Positions 61,784-64,000 of a stretch of DNA of 64,000 nt are shown in pieces (position 1 is the stretch's first letter; each line of letters begins with the position of its first letter). The position numbers were made by a program, and so were the translations under genes. Below the pieces are notes generated by a model. The model worked only from the letters and a program-made list of their open reading frames with translations. It searched no databases and was not told the origin of the DNA. Source of the DNA: an uncultured archaeon (GTDB taxonomy: Archaea > Asgardarchaeota > Lokiarchaeia > Sigyniarchaeales > SOKP01); the NCBI GenBank assembly GCA_964486045.1, contig CAZALK010000015.1, forward strand, positions 77,228 to 141,227, written 5' to 3'.

Positions 61784-63151
61784 GTGGTTGATTTTAATAA
61801 AATTAGCGATTTTTTTAAAAATTCTACTATCCCTCAAAATATGCTTGATAGAGGACAAATAGTTATTAACAATTTTTTAAAGCCGATTAAGACATTATTT
61901 GAGCAAAAATGTGTACCCAAAGAACCGTGGAGTGATGAACAAATTGAATTTTTACTAATGACTCTTTCGAATATGGACACTGATAAAGATAGTAATGCGG
62001 CAAGAGTAGGAGAAAGAGAGGCTAGAATTGCGTCTAAACTCCACTTAAAAACATCAGCAGGATTTTGCCATGGGGTAGGGCGAAGTGGTTTTCTCACAGC
62101 TCCACAACCTAAAGCACCTGGAGGATCAATTATGTACGAAATCTCAAATTATCTAGCTCGAGACATATTAAGAAATTTTGGTTTACCTAACATAGAGGAA
62201 GCAATCGTAGTTCCCCTATGTACGGGGATGTCATTATCTTTAGCATTAGGTGCTCTAAAACCTCAAATAGGTGAGACTAATTCAAGTATTAAAAGAACAG
62301 TATTACTTCCTCAAATAGACCATAAATCACTATTAAAAGCAATATCTTTAATGGGACTTAAAACTAAAATCATTGAAGGTAAAATTTTTGAAGACGCAGT
62401 CCGAATTCCAATTGAAGATATAGAAACTAGTATAGATGATGACTGTTTTGCGATAATATCATTAACAAGTTTTTTTCCCCCGCGCGAACCTGATAATATT
62501 AAAGATATAAGCAAATTTGCACAGCGAAATGGCCTTGTTCACATAATTATTAATGCTTATGGTGTTCAAAGCCCTGAATGGATGAAATTAATACGTTCTG
62601 CAATAGACGCCGGGAGAGTTGATGCGGTAATACAATCAACAGACAAAAATTTCCTCACCCCTGTTGGAGGCGCTTTAATAGCTTCTCCTAATAAAAAAAT
62701 TATTGAAAAAATTAGCCAAACATATGCAGGAAGAGCATCAGCTTCTCCAGTTGTGGACTTTTTGATTTCCATGCTCTCATTAGGCATTCATGGGTATCAA
62801 AAATTAATTGAAGAACAACAGCATAATCGAAAAATCCTTGAGGAAAAATTAGCTTCAGTAGCTGAAAATATAGATGAAAAAATACTGAAAGTAAATAATC
62901 CCGTAGCAGTAGCTCTTTCTTTGGAAAATCTAAAAGAAGAACAGTTGTTTGCTTTAGGTGGGGCATTATATAATTTGCGAGTAACGGGTCCTCGAGTCTA
63001 TAATCCTAAGGAAAAATCTTTCGGTACTTGTTGTGAAAATTATCCAACTCCATATATTGTTATGAATGCTGCAATAGGCTCAAAAACTAAAGATATAACC
63101 TCTGCTGTTGAGAGATTTGAAAAAGCTTATGCACAAATAACTCAAAAATAA
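61784..63151 (+). CDS. spcS: O-phosphoseryl-tRNA(Sec) selenium transferase (SepSecS)
   Basis: MDTD, VGEREAR, HGVGRSG, QPKAPG, TGMS, NAYG, QSTDKNF (PLP Lys), Y.GRAS. Confidence 0.96.
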   Translation: MVDFNKISDFFKNSTIPQNMLDRGQIVINNFLKPIKTLFEQKCVPKEPWSDEQIEFLLMTLSNMDTDKDSNAARVGEREARIASKLHLKTSAGFCHGVGRSGFLTAPQPKAPGGSIMYEISNYLARDILRNFGLPNIEEAIVVPLCTGMSLSLALGALKPQIGETNSSIKRTVLLPQIDHKSLLKAISLMGLKTKIIEGKIFEDAVRIPIEDIETSIDDDCFAIISLTSFFPPREPDNIKDISKFAQRNGLVHIIINAYGVQSPEWMKLIRSAIDAGRVDAVIQSTDKNFLTPVGGALIASPNKKIIEKISQTYAGRASASPVVDFLISMLSLGIHGYQKLIEEQQHNRKILEEKLASVAENIDEKILKVNNPVAVALSLENLKEEQLFALGGALYNLRVTGPRVYNPKEKSFGTCCENYPTPYIVMNAAIGSKTKDITSAVERFEKAYAQITQK

Positions 63152-63271
63152 AAATATTCTACATTTTCAAAATTTCTATTCTAACAGAAATAATAATAAT
63201 TAAAAACTAGAAGAACTATATTTAAATAAAATTTAATCTACTTAAATTTACTAAATATTTATCAAAAAGCT

Positions 63272-63952
63272 ATGGAAAACCGACTTTTAAACCAATACAA
63301 TAGTGTTATTACTTCTCAATGGCTTTCTAAACAAATAGAAGAAGCATATGAATCATTAATACCAAGAGAACTATTCGAAATAGCCTATCATACATGTAAT
63401 TCCGTAAGTATGAGAAGCATCCATATAAAATTATCTTCGAGCGAAGATAAACCGGGTTCGAAAGCAATTTTTTATTCAAACACTAAAAAATTCACTTCTA
63501 TCGAAGCATTAGACAATGTCTTAAAAATTACGAAATATTTTGGGGAAGGATCTACCGGAGAAAAATTAGTTACAGAAATACAACCAACTCTCTTAAGAAG
63601 GAAAGAGATTTATAGTTCAAAAGATCAAGATGAGAAAACTCAGATATTAAAAAGTATATTGGTTGAACGAAAACTTGATGAATGTGCAAATTTAGTTATG
63701 TTAAAAGGCAATAACCGTAAGATATATTTTGCTATTGGCGATGCTCGAGAATCTGCTGCTGTTATTCCGATTTTCATGGGAGCTGAAGGTGCTAGTTTAG
63801 TACAATTAGCATTAAATAAATGGATGGAAACGGCCCAGAGATTAGATCACGATCAAACATTTCCTGAGAAACTCATCCCAGGGTTTATTAAAAACCTTAC
63901 ACAGATAAAAAAATGGCTTCTTGATTTAATTAATAAGAATTTAGATAATTGA
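63272..63952 (+). CDS. Hypothetical protein
   Basis: 226-aa ORF with a plausible composition; no recognised motif. Confidence 0.65.
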   Translation: MENRLLNQYNSVITSQWLSKQIEEAYESLIPRELFEIAYHTCNSVSMRSIHIKLSSSEDKPGSKAIFYSNTKKFTSIEALDNVLKITKYFGEGSTGEKLVTEIQPTLLRRKEIYSSKDQDEKTQILKSILVERKLDECANLVMLKGNNRKIYFAIGDARESAAVIPIFMGAEGASLVQLALNKWMETAQRLDHDQTFPEKLIPGFIKNLTQIKKWLLDLINKNLDN

Positions 63953-64000
63953 CTAAATTTTAACTTTTAATCTATTTATTTTTTTCTATTTGTTTCCAAA

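Noticed and set aside
375-62966. Many short antisense or overlapping ORFs in the track (e.g. 375..623, 28164..28688, 42907..43281, 57751..58038)
   Set aside because: They are shadows of well-supported genes on the other strand or frame and carry no motifs.

Overview
AT-rich (about 30% GC by eye) archaeal chromosome segment. Gene content points to Asgard archaea, most likely Lokiarchaeia: a selenocysteine kit, OSTC/DC2-like, DPM2-like and roadblock proteins, and a Loki-type LRR-family protein. In order the window holds: the 3' end of a repeat-containing surface protein; a Dpp/Opp peptide ABC operon; a DUF362 gene whose 3' end is duplicated around a 2-gene insert; tlyA; a ~5.3 kb accessory island (17.1-22.4 kb) with wHTH regulators, a SAMHD1/YwfO-like HD dNTPase, a ParB-HTH-DUF488 fusion and an OB-fold partner, part of it bracketed by a CRISPR-repeat-like 22-bp direct repeat; a core block (radB-like, trm1, rlmE, TFE-beta/RPC34-like, radA-like, mptE, gcvH, NAD kinase family, frameshifted pepD, two ferredoxins, MaoC pair, ribokinase); the uS19-uL15 ribosomal protein cluster, interrupted by two unknown ORFs and not followed by secY; putative cobalamin-uptake genes; and selB, tRNA-Sec and SepSecS. 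Several genes appear to start at ATC/ATA codons. All assignments are by-eye motif recognition; no searches were run.
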